64,000 nt of DNA, taken from positions 46,996,001 to 47,060,000 of the forward strand of contig CM114271.1 in assembly GCA_050084515.1 (NCBI GenBank), given 5' to 3'. The DNA is from Blasia pusilla (lineage: Eukaryota). This document shows, piece by piece, positions 39,801 to 52,839 of the stretch. The notes beneath the pieces were generated by a model. That model searched no databases, had not been told where the DNA came from, and saw nothing but the letters and a program-made list of their open reading frames with translations. Both the position numbers and the translations under genes were made by a program. How positions within the stretch are numbered: the stretch's first letter is position 1; every line of letters starts with the position of its first letter.

Positions 39801-42249
39801 ACATGGCACCGAGTACCCATTAGTTACTTAATAAATTTCTAAGATAAGAAAATGAATAAAATAATAAAAGAAGGTTTTCCGTATTAACCTACAAGTTATT
39901 TCATGAAAATATCCCATTTCGTTTCATAAATAATAACGATTATTAAATAAAAAATTCCAGTCTAATCGATTGAAACAATAATAGTCGTATTTATTCCGAA
40001 ATGAAAAAGACCGTTCAGTCCACCGCATCTTAAGTAGCGCCCAACTAACAGGCACTGTAGAGAGCACGTCCTTCTCCCGCTATTCGTCGGTCTTCCGCGA
40101 AGGAGATTCTCCTACCTCTCCACCGCCGCTCTGACGGGACGTCGCACTTCTCCCACGCGGGCCTCATAAGAAACAAAGAATGTCCCTCGCTGGAGGGTAG
40201 GCGGCAGCGGGTGGGCCCATGTGGATGCGCCTGTAGTCTCCCGCGACAACAATACACGTCCACGTACGCGTCTTTTGTTTGCCAGAGCTGAAACATCGAT
40301 AAATTCAAATATCCGATTTACAAAATGGCGGAAAATGCAACGAAAATACGAAATTTGCTGTTCTCCGAATTATTATTATTATTAAGAATACTCTTACTTT
40401 GTTTATCTTATGGGTAATGTATCCTTTTCCCGCGCTTGTCGCGTTGCTGTGTCCCAGGGGGTGGACACCCAACGGCCCCAAAAGCCATGTCAGATCTCCT
40501 ATCCCTCCATCTCCACCGTGCGCCCATGGCCGACGTTCATCGTCATCTAAGTGGCAGAGTGACCATCGTCGGATGTGCCATGTAGATGAACTAGTCAGCA
40601 CCTCATCTGCCGTGTAGATGGACTAGTCAGCAAGACGGACGTTTTCCGAATATATATACATTCTTATTCTCCCACGGATTCTTCTTCCGACACGCTCCAC
40701 AACGGGTATATGACCGTAGCGAGATAATATTAATTTCCACCAGAATTTCAGAATATAGGCCGGAGGAAAATCCCAAGGAAATATTCCAGCCTTCGGATGT
40801 CCATCTGACCGTAAGGTCCGGGTTTTATTCTATTTAAAAAGTCTATTATGAGTGAAAGAACTTCCGGTAGAAAAACGGCACGTGGAATCCGGATTCTCGT
40901 GGAAAACGTCATATTCAAGATTTGTTTTTTCCCGTTTCGCCATTTCGAGATATAGGTCCCACCGCAGGGCCCGCATCCTCGCCTGAAATAGCCAAGTTGT
41001 AAGTTGGGGGGCGGGGTCGGAGTGGACGACCAGAAGACCTCCAAAATGGAGAGCCCGCTAAAATAAGCGGGAAGCACCAAACTGCCACTGTTGGACTGCA
41101 GTTCATTTGATGGGCGATTCTTGAATGTCTGTCTGCTTCTTCTGCTGCTGCAGAAGAGAGAATGTTTGTGGAAAGGGGAGGGACAGAGATTTAGTGCGAG
41201 AATTTGGGAATGGGTGCGGCGGGTTGCCGTTGCCTTGACGCGCACTGTTGAGACTGCATTCCTGCTGCCTTCCTATGGGAGTCTCCTGATTCTGTGAAGA
41301 TTTTCTGTTGCTGAAATTGCCTTGATTCATCTCTCTCTCTCTCTCTCTCTGTGATAAATTCGTTCCTGCACAGAGGGGGATTGTTTGAGAGGCGAAGGGG
41401 AGAAATTTGAGTGGTGGAGAAACAGATCGACTTGTGTCTGTGAGGGGTGTGCTGAATTGGAGAGGTTAGTGTTGGAAGACTGATGATTACTGGGAGGGTG
41501 TGGGAGAGCATTCTTGGGGCCCCGTGGTGGTGAAGTGCTTGCAATCGATCGTGGGAGTGGTCAGCACATTTGTACTGAAGTCCAAGGTTTTTGCAGTGAA
41601 GGCAATGAGATAGTGTTTTATGCAGGTCCTGTGCAGTGCCAACGATCCGAGCACCTGACTGAGATGTGCCTCCTTTCGCTGTGGAAGGCTTCCTTAGTCT
41701 ACATTCTGCATAATCTGCTTCTTCAAATTAGATAGCATGCTCTGGCAATTACTCTGTACAGACGGCATTGTTGCTGTCAAGTTGGACTTCCGAGTAGTTG
41801 TTGAGGTTGCGTTCGAGGCGTAATCAGGGAAGCCATTCCCAGAATTGGAATCTTGGACGACTCTCGTGTTTGGGTTCTTTCAGTTCCACCCATCTCCTGA
41901 AATTACGCGGAGACTCTCTGGATCGCGAGTGGTGCAACCGCATCATCTCTACCATAGATTGTCGATCTTCTGAGCGGGAGACAAAATCTGCACTGCATTT
42001 TTGCAACCAGAGTAGTGCAGAGGACACGGCATTCATTCCTGAGGGAGAGTGCTCCGGAATCACTCTTCTGGCGAAAGGCATTGTGTTGACGTTTCGTGGT
42101 GGATTTGAGCATCGGGAAGTGTGTGAAGGAACTAGGTTTGGGGGAGGGATCAGAGGTCGGAAGCTCGAGAAGGAACTGGACTCACTTGAAGGTGAACTGA
42201 ACTTCCGAAGGGCTGTGATACCTCGTGGGAGTTGACAAGCAAGATCACC

Positions 42250-43384
42250 ATGGGAGACTGTTTCTCCAGACAGATTGATATCGATGAGGACTGGAAAGTG
42301 AATACCAGAAGTATGGATCTTCCCAAAGCTTCCGCTGTCGTACCAGCCTCTCCTGGCTTCGTATCTGCTCTACCATCTCCTGTGAAATCGCATATGGAAT
42401 CCCCCAAGTGTCCTCCAGTCGAGTCCCCTATGAAAAACCCTGTGACAGCTCCTCCTAAAGAGATACAGCCGATGAAGTCGTTGCGGCTTTATGGGGATCC
42501 CATGTGTCCACTCACAATGCAAATACTGATAGCACTGCGGTACAAGGAGATCCCATACGAGTGCTCATGGCTGAAGAGCAAAGGTTTTTCAGCAGACAAG
42601 GAGGAGTGGTCTGCTAGAAATGGATCCGAGGTGACGAAAGCAGTTCTGCAGCACGGAGCCCGTAGAATTTCGGGTTCACCAGACACCATATTGAAGTATG
42701 TCGACTCGACTTTTCCAGAGCGCCCTCTGGTGCCCGAAGAAGCTGAGAAGAAAGTCGGAGAGTGGACAGTCTTTCTACGTGACACATTGTCCCCGCTGGT
42801 GTCTCAGCTTCTTTATGATGGCGAGCCTTCCATTCAGCAAGAACTGACACCTGAGCTGGATGTAGCCCTGTCAAGACTGAATGCAGGACTCTCGAGGTTC
42901 TATGGCGATGGCCCGTATTTCTTTGGCGAGCAATTTACTCTTGTGGATGTGTTGCTGCTTCCGATTCTTGCTTTCATGGGCCCTCTCAAGGAGTTTCGCA
43001 GCATCGAAATATGTCCTGCCTACGAATCTCTGAATACTTACAAGCACAACATGTGCAACCTCCCTGTGTATGCGTCAGCCAAAGTGACTCTCCAGTCATT
43101 AAACGATTATGTTGCAAACAAATTGGAGCAGAGGGCACCCCCACCTCTTTTGGTCCTGATGTTGATGCAGCACCGGAGCATTCTGTGGCACTTTAACAAG
43201 CTCGTGAGTCTGATGGAAGAGCTAGTATGTGCTCTCCGGAGTAGAGCAGCGCATACTCCTTCGAAGAGCAATGCTCAACTCAAGAAGCTCTGGAAGGGCT
43301 ATGGAAGACTTGTGGAAATTTTGCAAGAGCACGCGCAGATGGAAGAGCGTGTCATATTTCCTGCTATTGAGCAATACAACACAG
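42250..43384 (+). CDS. GSTH: Hemerythrin-class glutathione S-transferase, exon 1 (GST N and C domains, start of hemerythrin domain)
   Basis: ATG 42250 in a long ORF. LRLYGDPMCPLT..ILIALRYK (Cys-type GST active-site region), ILKYVDSTFPERPL, GPYFFGEQFTLVD, QHRSILWH, EHAQMEERVIFP. Donor AG|GTACGT at 43385, phase 1. Confidence 0.9.
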
Positions 43385-45651
43385 GTACGTACAGGTTCTG
43401 TACTCCGTGCTTACTCCGAAAATAGTTGCAGTAGTATGTCAATGAGTTGCTTCAGGGAACTCAGTGATTTGTCCTACTGGCTTCCCGTGTGGTTGTTGCA
43501 TTTCTTTTCCCTCATGCCGGCTTCATAACTTATCTCTGGAATGTTTGCCTGCTTTGTTCGCTCGGTAGCTCGTGATGCTGTATTGATCTCTCCATTGCCT
43601 TCCCTCCCTAAGCCCTTTGTTCTGCTAGCCCACACGAAGCCGTGAGTTTTTCTGATGCTTGTGAAACAGTCACATGAATTCAGTCGGGAGTAGGGAGTGC
43701 TCTTAGCTCTTTCCTCATCTGAAGCTTGTTGTTGTTGTGGTCGGCCATTCATGATAATTGTTCCGTACCAGCTTCGTTTGTTGAGGTGGTTCTCTCTGAC
43801 CAAACTACTACACCTGTAGTTAAGTCAGGTCAACGGAACGAATGTCTTGATCACTCCGCTCTTAATTTTCTGGAACTCCAACTTGGTGTCTGCCGTCACA
43901 ACATGCCTGGGTTTAGAGCAACGATGAGCTTTTGTCTCTTATTATCATTTGTACCACGATTCCTGTTAGGCCTCTTCTGTCTAACTAAATGATCTGGCCA
44001 CTTTGAGTCATCCACGATGGGACTTGCAGCATGAAAATACTTCAAAGAAGGCTTCACCTAGAAACTGTGAAATATCAGGTAGGTCAAAATGTTACGGAGA
44101 AGGAGTCTATTGCCTGGTGAATTTCTATGCACTAACTTGAAAAGCATACAGATTTGAATCAGAATTACAATATATTTAGTTCAGTTTGTAACAGTTTAAA
44201 GTCATTGAGGGCTGAAAATTTTCAGAACTGACTAATTGTCGAGGTGAGGAAGTCCTTAAATTTAAAGCTCAGGGCTTCAAGGAGAATTTTTTTCTTTTCT
44301 TGAAGTAATAGCTGTGAGTAAGTTATTTGAGCTAGAAGATGCAAGGTTCAACGTGTAGTCTTTGCAAAGTACAATAGTATCCGATGAAGGCATCCATCCA
44401 ATGTGTGTTTTCTCTCTGCTAGCCCACAGATATCTTTTGAAAAATTCCGTTAGTTACCCAGATTCTCTCATTCTCAGTTCCAGTTTTCTCTACCTTTCCT
44501 ATTGCTACCATCTGAAATAAAGCTGACGGTGACCTCTTCCAGGGTGTCACTGCCTTGAATGCCCGCAAGAACCAGGTTGAGATTGTTAAATTGCTACCGT
44601 GGTGTGTCATTATCATCTATAACAGTTAGATTAGCAGGACCAAATTGGACTGCGGGGCTGTCACGTCACCTATGTGTCTTGGCTCCCTCTCTTGCGGCCA
44701 AGTTTTTTTTCCAATTGGATTTCTATGGCCCTCTGGGGTCCCATGGATAATCATTCATTCATTTTCACTGTTCCCTCCCGGCTCTCCTTTCCATATTTTA
44801 TGAAAGGACAAATGTGCTTGGCACTCTTCTTTGGGCTTGTCATTTTGCAGGTCTTCAATGACATGTGTTTTTTGGAAGCTTACACATCACTTTCATAAAA
44901 GTCATAACATTTAGGTTCAAAACCATCACGAGGTATTCCAACATAGGATAATAAGGTCTTCTACATGTAAATGGAAAACTAGCTTCCACCCTGAACGTGG
45001 GATGTGAACATTATGGGTTCTGCTGTAACTAAATACTCGAAGAGCTTGCCAGGACTGAGTTATTTGACGGGGTTAGCTCTCATCTGCACTGTGGTCAAGT
45101 GACATCGGGGCTGTTTACTGGACTTGTGGGACGGGAGCCAATGCTGCATCCCGGGAAGACATTTCAGCCTGTTGGCTTTGGTTATTTTCTCCATTCTTTG
45201 TTTCCTGATTGTTGTCTCTATGGTTTTCACTTTCTTCAGTCTGTTCCAAAGTGTGGTACGCTAATCTGTAGTCTTTAGGACCTTTCAGTTGAGCACTGCC
45301 CACTGTCACCTTACGCAGATTTCCTTTGGAGGGGAACCATATACAACTCAGACACTGAAAGTTCGGCATTTTCATTGTGCTGAACGTATGTGCAGCTCTA
45401 AGAAATATGAACAGGATGGTGGTGTCCTGGATTTGTGTCTCCTCCATATTCCGATCTTGTCGGGCAGTTGTGGAGTTGTAGTCCGACTGTCTCAATTACC
45501 AGCAGGATCTGTAATAGCCTTGGTGGGGAAGGGTGGGTGAATGCCATGACTTTTTTTTTTTTTTTTCCCCCGGTTATTGCTTCTCCTGGCATACCCTGGA
45601 TAGACTGATTTATGCTTTGTCGTCTGAAACCTTGTCTACATCTTCCAACAG

Positions 45652-45806
45652 GTGTAACGGATGTGGCAAACTCAGATCATGCCAGGGATCTTCCAGTTAC
45701 AAACGGCATCAGAGAAGACCTCAAGTCCTTGGTATCTATGGAGCAAGGCACTGCTGACTACACTGAAGCTCTTCTGGTGCTTGCCACTCGTCTGCGAGCA
45801 TTAAAG
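45652..45806 (+). CDS. GSTH: Hemerythrin-class GST, exon 2
   Basis: Acceptor CTTCCAACAG|, donor AAG|GTCAGT. 155 bp restores the phase. Encodes ANSDHARDLPVTNGIREDLKS. Confidence 0.88.
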
Positions 45807-46799
45807 GTCAGTTTTCTTGTCTTCAGGTGTTTTGAGAACAAAGAAGCTTGGAGTTTCCCTCAATGGTAGCTCTTCCTAAGTTTTCCAGAAGTCAGGTTAA
45901 ACAGTTAACACGTTGTCAGGAAGGGATAGAGGTTGGATGTGAAAGGATGAATGGAAACTAAGAGTGAAAACTTCATGTGCTTATGGCAACACTGGAGCTT
46001 CTAGATTTCACTACAACAGCTGGTACCTGATAGAAGGTCAGTCTGGGTTATAGGGCTGCCAAACTACTCATTAGCCTGGTGTGGGCTTGTGACCATAGAA
46101 TCCCACCCTCGTCGGATGGTGCTTTAGAGCTGTGAGGGGGGAGTTCAAAAGAACTTGACTGCCTCACTATGTGTTGTGGTTAGCCAAGGTTCTGCTATTA
46201 TGTTGTTGAAATTGTGGCATGCCTGGTGTCACTGAAATTGGGAGCTGCTAGAAATGAGCTTCACAGGCGAAAAGTTCATGGAATTTCTGCTGCTTTGTTT
46301 TCTGCATGCTTCATTGTCCTTTTTGGAACGGGGTGAGTCTTGAACCACGATCAATCAGTCATCTCCAAAGACTATATGTACTAAATGCATTTGGGCTTTT
46401 TATGGAAATGGAATTGCAGAATTTTTCTTTAATTCGGATGAAGCCCGTCTCGTAGAAAATCTTGTAGACTAAGCACGTAACCGCCAGAGGGCATAACCTT
46501 AGATACACTCTGTGAAGGGGTCAGAGATTTCTGTTTATAGAAGATTACTTTCTTTCATAACAAGCACCTCGCCCCTGAGATGGAAAATGGAGTTAGGTGT
46601 AAGGTTAATGTTTGACTGACAGAAAATTGGCCAAGAAAGGGTTTGGGGCTTAGGGCTCAGGGCAGAGTAGGTGTGTGCAATGCATCTGGAACCTGATGTA
46701 GTAAAAAAGTGTCGTCACAGGGTGGGCAAGTCAAGCTTAACATGTTAACCACCATGTCATGTTTCCATGCTTGTTAACCATTCATTCTGTCTTTCACAG

Positions 46800-47150
46800 G
46801 TGCACACAGAAGAACACTTTGAAGAAGAGGAAAAAGAGTTCTTGCCCTTGCTTGACTCTTCTGCCTTTGGGAAAGAACAGGTGGAACCAATGGTCATGCA
46901 CTGTTTGGGAGTGATGGAATCATCACATGGACACTTGTTTCCTTTCTTTCTTTCTGGACTCAATCCTCAGGACCTCTACCAGTACATGATGGTGCTCAAC
47001 AAGGGCTTGTCGAGTAGTAGGCCAGCTCTTTTCACGAGAATGCTTCATGTTGTCCGGAATGCAGATGATGAGTTTCAAGAAGTACGGAGAATAGTTCAAG
47101 ACAGATTCTCAGAATTTGCACCTTTCAATAATGCAGCTGCCTGTGCCTGA
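46800..47150 (+). CDS. GSTH: Hemerythrin-class GST, exon 3 (spliced CDS 1641 bp, 546 aa)
   Basis: Acceptor CTTTCACAG|. Encodes EHFEEEEKEFLPLL (HxxxE motif) and MESSHGHLFPFFLSGLNPQD. Ends TGA. Confidence 0.88.
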   Translation: MHTEEHFEEEEKEFLPLLDSSAFGKEQVEPMVMHCLGVMESSHGHLFPFFLSGLNPQDLYQYMMVLNKGLSSSRPALFTRMLHVVRNADDEFQEVRRIVQDRFSEFAPFNNAAACA

Positions 47151-48639
47151 GCGACATGAAAATCACCTTGGCCATCTCAACCCCTTCAGGTGACAATGTC
47201 ACAAAATTGTCTAAATACCTCTAGACAATTTGGAGCTTTAGATTAGTAAATGAAGTTCATTTAAAGGTCCACTCCACAGGGGACCAAGTTCACATCTTGA
47301 GCTAAGATGGTCAATTAACTTTCTTACTGCAAGACACAGCATTGTGTCAATGGGATGACTTGACAGATGAAAGACAGAATAGTGCAAAAAGATATGGCTA
47401 CAATTCTGTTCAATTGGTTTGTCTGGACAAGCCCAGCCCCCTAGTCCATTCGACTTTGTCTTGAATCACTGATGTAGTTTTATCCATCGATCCTTCTTAA
47501 TCTTGTGCTTACTCTAAACTGGGGTTTCACTGGGGACCTCAATGGGATAAACTGGAGAAGAAGTGGAATCGATGGACACGTCTGATCTGATGTTTCTCCA
47601 GAGAAACATTATTTGGGGACAAACCCTTTACATGAGGAAAGAAAGAGAGAACAGCGGGAGTGGGAGAGGAGACTTTTGCCCTGAACTTCACTTGCAGAAG
47701 TTTCAACAGAGGGTGAAAAACTTCTGAATGGATGAACCTTGTAAACTAAAGAAGGTTCATCCCGTGGAGGAGCTGAAGGTAGCTGAATGGTTCTGCTTTC
47801 TGGAAGCCAAAATATGAGTACAACATGGAAGCAAGAAGTTCCCCAAATGGGGTCTGATGCTACTTTTCTTTTGTACGGACAGGATTCTTGTACATTTGAC
47901 TTGTTTCAGCTGTAGATATATTGTGAGCAGAGTAGGGTCTGTTGACTTATCTTTTTGTAGGAAGGTGCACAAATCTGCCACTTCGACAGATTCAGAGTAC
48001 GATGCAATGATGTTGGATACTGTGCAACAATCAATATGACGTTTAATTATACATTTGGTTGAATATCTGATATCACACTGTTCCCTATGAGTCGTCTACC
48101 TTGGGAAGGAAATGTAAGAGTCTCACTATGTCCATGTGGTTTCTGGGTCAATATTATACCCTAATCGACATTAAACTTTTCAGATACTCTCCAGACACTG
48201 AACTGCAATTTTCATGTTGTGCTTGTTTGTCCCAGGGAGTGTTGACAAGTAACATGTAAAGCTAAAGTGTCCTCTCCAAAGACTATTCTTGAACCTTGGC
48301 ATTCAGTCTTCTACCCTTTCATGGCTCCTCCCGTCTTTATAGTAGCTGGGGTGTTTAAAGACATGTAGCAGAAGCCCAGAGGTGCCTATTAAAACCACTT
48401 CATCTAGTTAATGGATCCATCTCTCTACATCGCTAATAAGAACAAGTCAGGTCTGAAGAGCAGCTATACTTAGTCTACATTACTCCGACCAATTGCCAAA
48501 GGGGGGTTTTGGGCACCAAACCGGAGATCATTCACACTACGGTTCCTCCTTCCTCATTGAAGGATATTCTGTTGTATTTTATCCACCTCAAACTCTTGAT
48601 AATATTCTGAATTAAATCCCATAGAAAACTTTAACCACA

Positions 48640-49600
48640 ATTCAACTTTAATCATAAAATAATACCTCCACTTAAAACAACCATCACAACTTGAGAGTGT
48701 AGTTGCATCCTTCATGGATCTACATAACATACACCTCAAACTTGTAGGTATGATTTCCTAGCTTAGAACTAGTCTCCCATCCACATTCAAAAGATGGCGT
48801 AACATGCAGTTGGGAATATTATTCTTCCAAACCATGTTGTCTTGTCATAGGGTCCAATAGGGTAACAACTTGTACAGACGCAGAATTGTGTGCTTTGTAG
48901 TAACTTCTCTTGTCATTGATGCTATCTATTATAAGTTTAGGGTGAAATCACCTAACCCATGGATGAGAACCTCTTCCACGAATGGTCACATACCTTAATG
49001 TATCAATATGCTGAATAATAGGCAAGTTCTCAAATCACATTAGTATAACTCTACAAAAATCTCTATCTTTTGAGAATATGCTCGTATCCACACATTGGCG
49101 TCATCAGGGTTCAACACCTTTCTCATATCACGTCAAAAACTTGTAGGTAAATTGCACTTTCTTCCATAGAGCAAAAAGTACAATGAAAATGACGCTAAGA
49201 ATGCATGATGATTCAAGTGATACATATAGCCAACTATGGTATCACTTCATATAGGTCATACTCCTTTAAATACCCTTGCTGTAAGTTGTATTGTGTAATT
49301 CTCTCTTCACCATTTTTACTTTGTTTGCCAATCTATCCGCCTCAAGATGAGCCCTGGGTATAGTGTTGTGATCCATCCATCTATGATTATAAGAGGTTTG
49401 AAACTCTCCTGTAAACTTGGTACCATGTTTAATTAAGACCTCCGTTGGTGCATTATAATGACTCAAGATGTGATCTAGAAATGTATAAGTTGCTCCTTCA
49501 CTCACATTGTATGGTAATGTCACACTAACCCAATCCACTTGAACAAATGCTCCACCATAACCAACACATACATGACAACTTATCATTGACAAAGATCCTA
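48640..49600 (-). mobile_element. Old integrase+PHD fragment of the same Gypsy-like family
   Basis: ORF 49266-49592 (SEGATYTFLDHILSHYNAPTEVL) aligns with ORF 52044-52400. WKNNIPNC..HLLNVDG near 48780-48830. RCMLC...CDGC in ORF 48554-48739. Confidence 0.8.
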
Positions 49601-49620
49601 TAAAGTCTAGGCTCCATTTA

Positions 49621-50922
49621 ATGATTTTGCGAAGATGGCAACTAGGGAAAACAGTGGTTGTAGTTGTAGTAAGTAAGAAGTGGAGACTAGATCATATGGA
49701 CATCAAGAATGCCTTCTTGAATGGATATCTATATGAGGAGATATACATGTCTCAGCCACATGTATATGAGCATCTAGAGTTTCCATTGCGGGTATGCACG
49801 TTAATGAAATCTGTATACGGGCTCCAAGAGCTTGGTATGGCAAGATTACATACTTCTTGCAAGAGTTGGGCTTTAGGGTTTGTGATTCAATTCCTCGCTC
49901 TGTATCTTGAGAGGATAAGGCCATACAATTATCATCGTATTGTATGTTGACAACCTTTTGATTAATGGAAGTACTAGGGATACGGTACAACAAGTCAAAC
50001 TAAAGTTACGGGTAGAATTTGATATGAAGGACTGAAGAGAACTCAAATACTTCCTTGGTGTTGAGTTTATCAGGATTGGAGAGAGCATGTGGTTATTACA
50101 ACAACAATATGCTTTTCACATACTTTCAAAATATAATATGACGGCTTCTAATCCAATCTCTACATCATTAGACCAGACTGTCAAGTTGAGAGTGGATAAA
50201 GGAGAGTTGCTTGCAGTTTCTAATATATATATGCGTATGGTTGCAAGTTTGATGATCTCTTTGAATATCACTAAGAAAAAATTGAGCTACGCAATTGGCC
50301 TAGTGATCCAATTTACTCAAGCACCTCGAAAACCTCATCTTCATGTTGTGAAGAGGATTATGCCGTATGTGAAATTTTCTATTCAATTTGAGCTTCAATT
50401 TGAACCTTCTTCTAGTTTATAATTACATGGATTCAAAGATGTTAATTAGGCAGGAAGTATGTATGATAAACATTCCATATCTGGTTATTTATTTATTTTG
50501 GGAAGCGTTTGGTTATAAGTTGGGCTTCAAAGAAACAACCTATAGTTGATTATCTTCAATAGAGGATGAGTACACAGGAGCAACCAATGAAGCATGTAAG
50601 GCGGAGTAGATTACTTGGTGAGATTGGTGTGAACTCGAGTGTTAGTAACTTAGGATCTAGTGTAATGTATATAGATAATATTTGAAGCATCAAGCTTGCT
50701 AATAACCTTGCGTTTCATGCTAAAAAAAAAGCATGTTGATATGCACTACCACTTTATCAAAGAGAAAGAGCTTGCAGGAGAAATTGATCTTGTGTACATT
50801 GGTAAAGATCAATAAAATATTGATATCTTTACAAAGGCATTGTCTAGAGATAAGTTTCACATATTTAAATGCAATTTAGGTGTTAGAGATATCAATTTGA
50901 GTTTGAAGGGGAGTATTGAAGA
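49621..50922 (+). mobile_element. Decayed Ty1/Copia RT-RNase H, PPT and first 9 bp of the 3' LTR
   Basis: HMDIKNAFLNG.LYEEIYMSQP, YVDNLLI, LKYFLGVEF, WASKKQP, KHVDMHYHFIKE, DIFTKAL. PPT GAAGGGGAG at 50905-50913. Confidence 0.9.
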
Positions 50923-51233
50923 TGTCGTGCGCATACACATCGCTACACAACATACATCGCTGTCATCGAACACACACAAAAATACACACGATCCCATGCT
51001 AACTCATGGCATTCATACACAGAGGCGAGAAGTACCAAAATATCTCCAATCGCCCCCCTAGCCGGTGGTTAGCCTCTAACTCCAGATAGCCATCTATCCC
51101 TACCTACCACGACATACATCTCTAGGACGCTAAGAGCAAAAAAGCGGGGTGCTCATGTGGCCCCATCGTTAGTCGCCTTCCTATCAACCATATCACATAA
51201 AAAGTTGGAATCGAAACCTATCTAGTATCTCCT

Positions 51234-52500
51234 CTATGTACATCTGGGACACATCCATCGTCCCCGAGGAACCTTGGTGAGAGGTGGCGTTAGACATGCC
51301 ATATGCCAACCTCTCGAACATCCATCACAGACTAGCATCGTGGCCGCACAATGAGCAGAACCACACAATATACAACGCAAGCCTGTAGGAACTACTGTTG
51401 AGCTCGGATCTATTGTACCATCAATGTTAGGAAGGTGACATGGCGCACAATTACGCACATGGTCCTTCCATACCATACCATCGTGTCCCTCCAGCAAGAG
51501 AACACTGGATGGCAAAACGTCACGCACTCTCAAGATAGTGCATCCTGCAGTCACTTCCAACGTTGTCGATGCCGTTTGCTACAAGTAGACATAATCTCCT
51601 TGATGAAACCTCCGGATAGTCGGTCAATAACCACCACCTCGAATAGTTGCATACCTCAATGTATCTCGATGCTGAGCAATCGCCAAGTTCTCGAACGCCA
51701 TGGGCATCACTCTCCGAAACAACTCAGTCCTCTGAGAACATGCTCGCATCCATACATCTGGGTCATCAAGGTCCAGCAACTCACCAACATCTCGACGAAT
51801 GGCCGCAAGTAAATCTGGCTCTTGGCCATAAAGTAGCAAGTACGGTGAAAAAGACGCTAAGGATGCATGCCTGCTGAATCTCTATCCCATCGCCAACCAT
51901 AGCAATTGGAGGTCCCAATCTCCTAGGTGACCTCTCTGCAAGCCATACTTGCGTAAACTCCTCTTCACCGTCTGCACGACTCTCTCTGCCAATCCATTTG
52001 CCTCGAGTTGATCTCGCGAAGTCGTGCGGTGGTCGATCAGCGCCTAATCACACAAGGCGTGGAACTCACCGCGAAACTCGATACCCTGGCCTATCAATAC
52101 CTTAGTCGGTACGCCATAATGACTCAACACTCTCTCAAGGAAGGCATAAGCTACTCCCTCACTCGCTTTGTCAGGCAATGCAACCAACTCGATCCAGTTC
52201 GAGAAGTGCTCGACCATCATCAACATATAACGACTGTGACGCTCCGTCAAAGGCAAAAGTCCTGCAAAATCCAAACTCCATCTATACCCTAAGCCCATGA
52301 TAGGTAATGGATGCAACTGTGGAGTCGAAGCATTGAATGATGCTCGGACCGGATCACACACCATGCACCTTGCAAAAAATTGCTGAACGTCAGTCTGCAT
52401 GCCTTGCCACCAATACTAAATCTGGAGCAAGCTGTACGTCCGCTTCACCCCAAAGTGACCCAACTCCTCGTGGGCATGCTGCACTAGTCATGCTCTCTCC
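51234..52500 (-). pseudogene. DDE integrase with C-terminal PHD finger
   Basis: ORFs 52044-52400 (WSLDFAG, VEHFSNWIE), 51624-51839 and 51234-51560 (CILC...CDGCSRGWHMACLTPPLTKVPRGRWMCPRC). Confidence 0.92.
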
Positions 52501-52839
52501 GAAGGATGCGGCACTACGCGTACTCTGCCATCCTCCCAAACCCTCAAAACATGTGTCCCCTCCCAACGAAACCGTCTTGCCCGTTATAGGATCCGATCCC
52601 GCTCTCTAGCACCCACGGTGCTCATAACGCTGCCAGTACAAAGGTACTCCAAGACTACTCCATCATCATGAATATCTTGGCCACCTGTCGTCTCCTCACT
52701 GGCCTCGGGATCCAAGGACTCTCCACTAGACCTCGCCATCGAAGTCTCCATACTCTGGCTCTCCATAGTCAACGTGCCTAAATAGGCTGACGCATGCCAT
52801 CCTAGCACTGACTCCTCATCACTCTCTCCATGCCATCGA

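Noticed and set aside
41798-42235. 145-aa ORF upstream of the GST gene
   Set aside because: Non-ATG start and no motifs. Probably 5' UTR or intron sequence.
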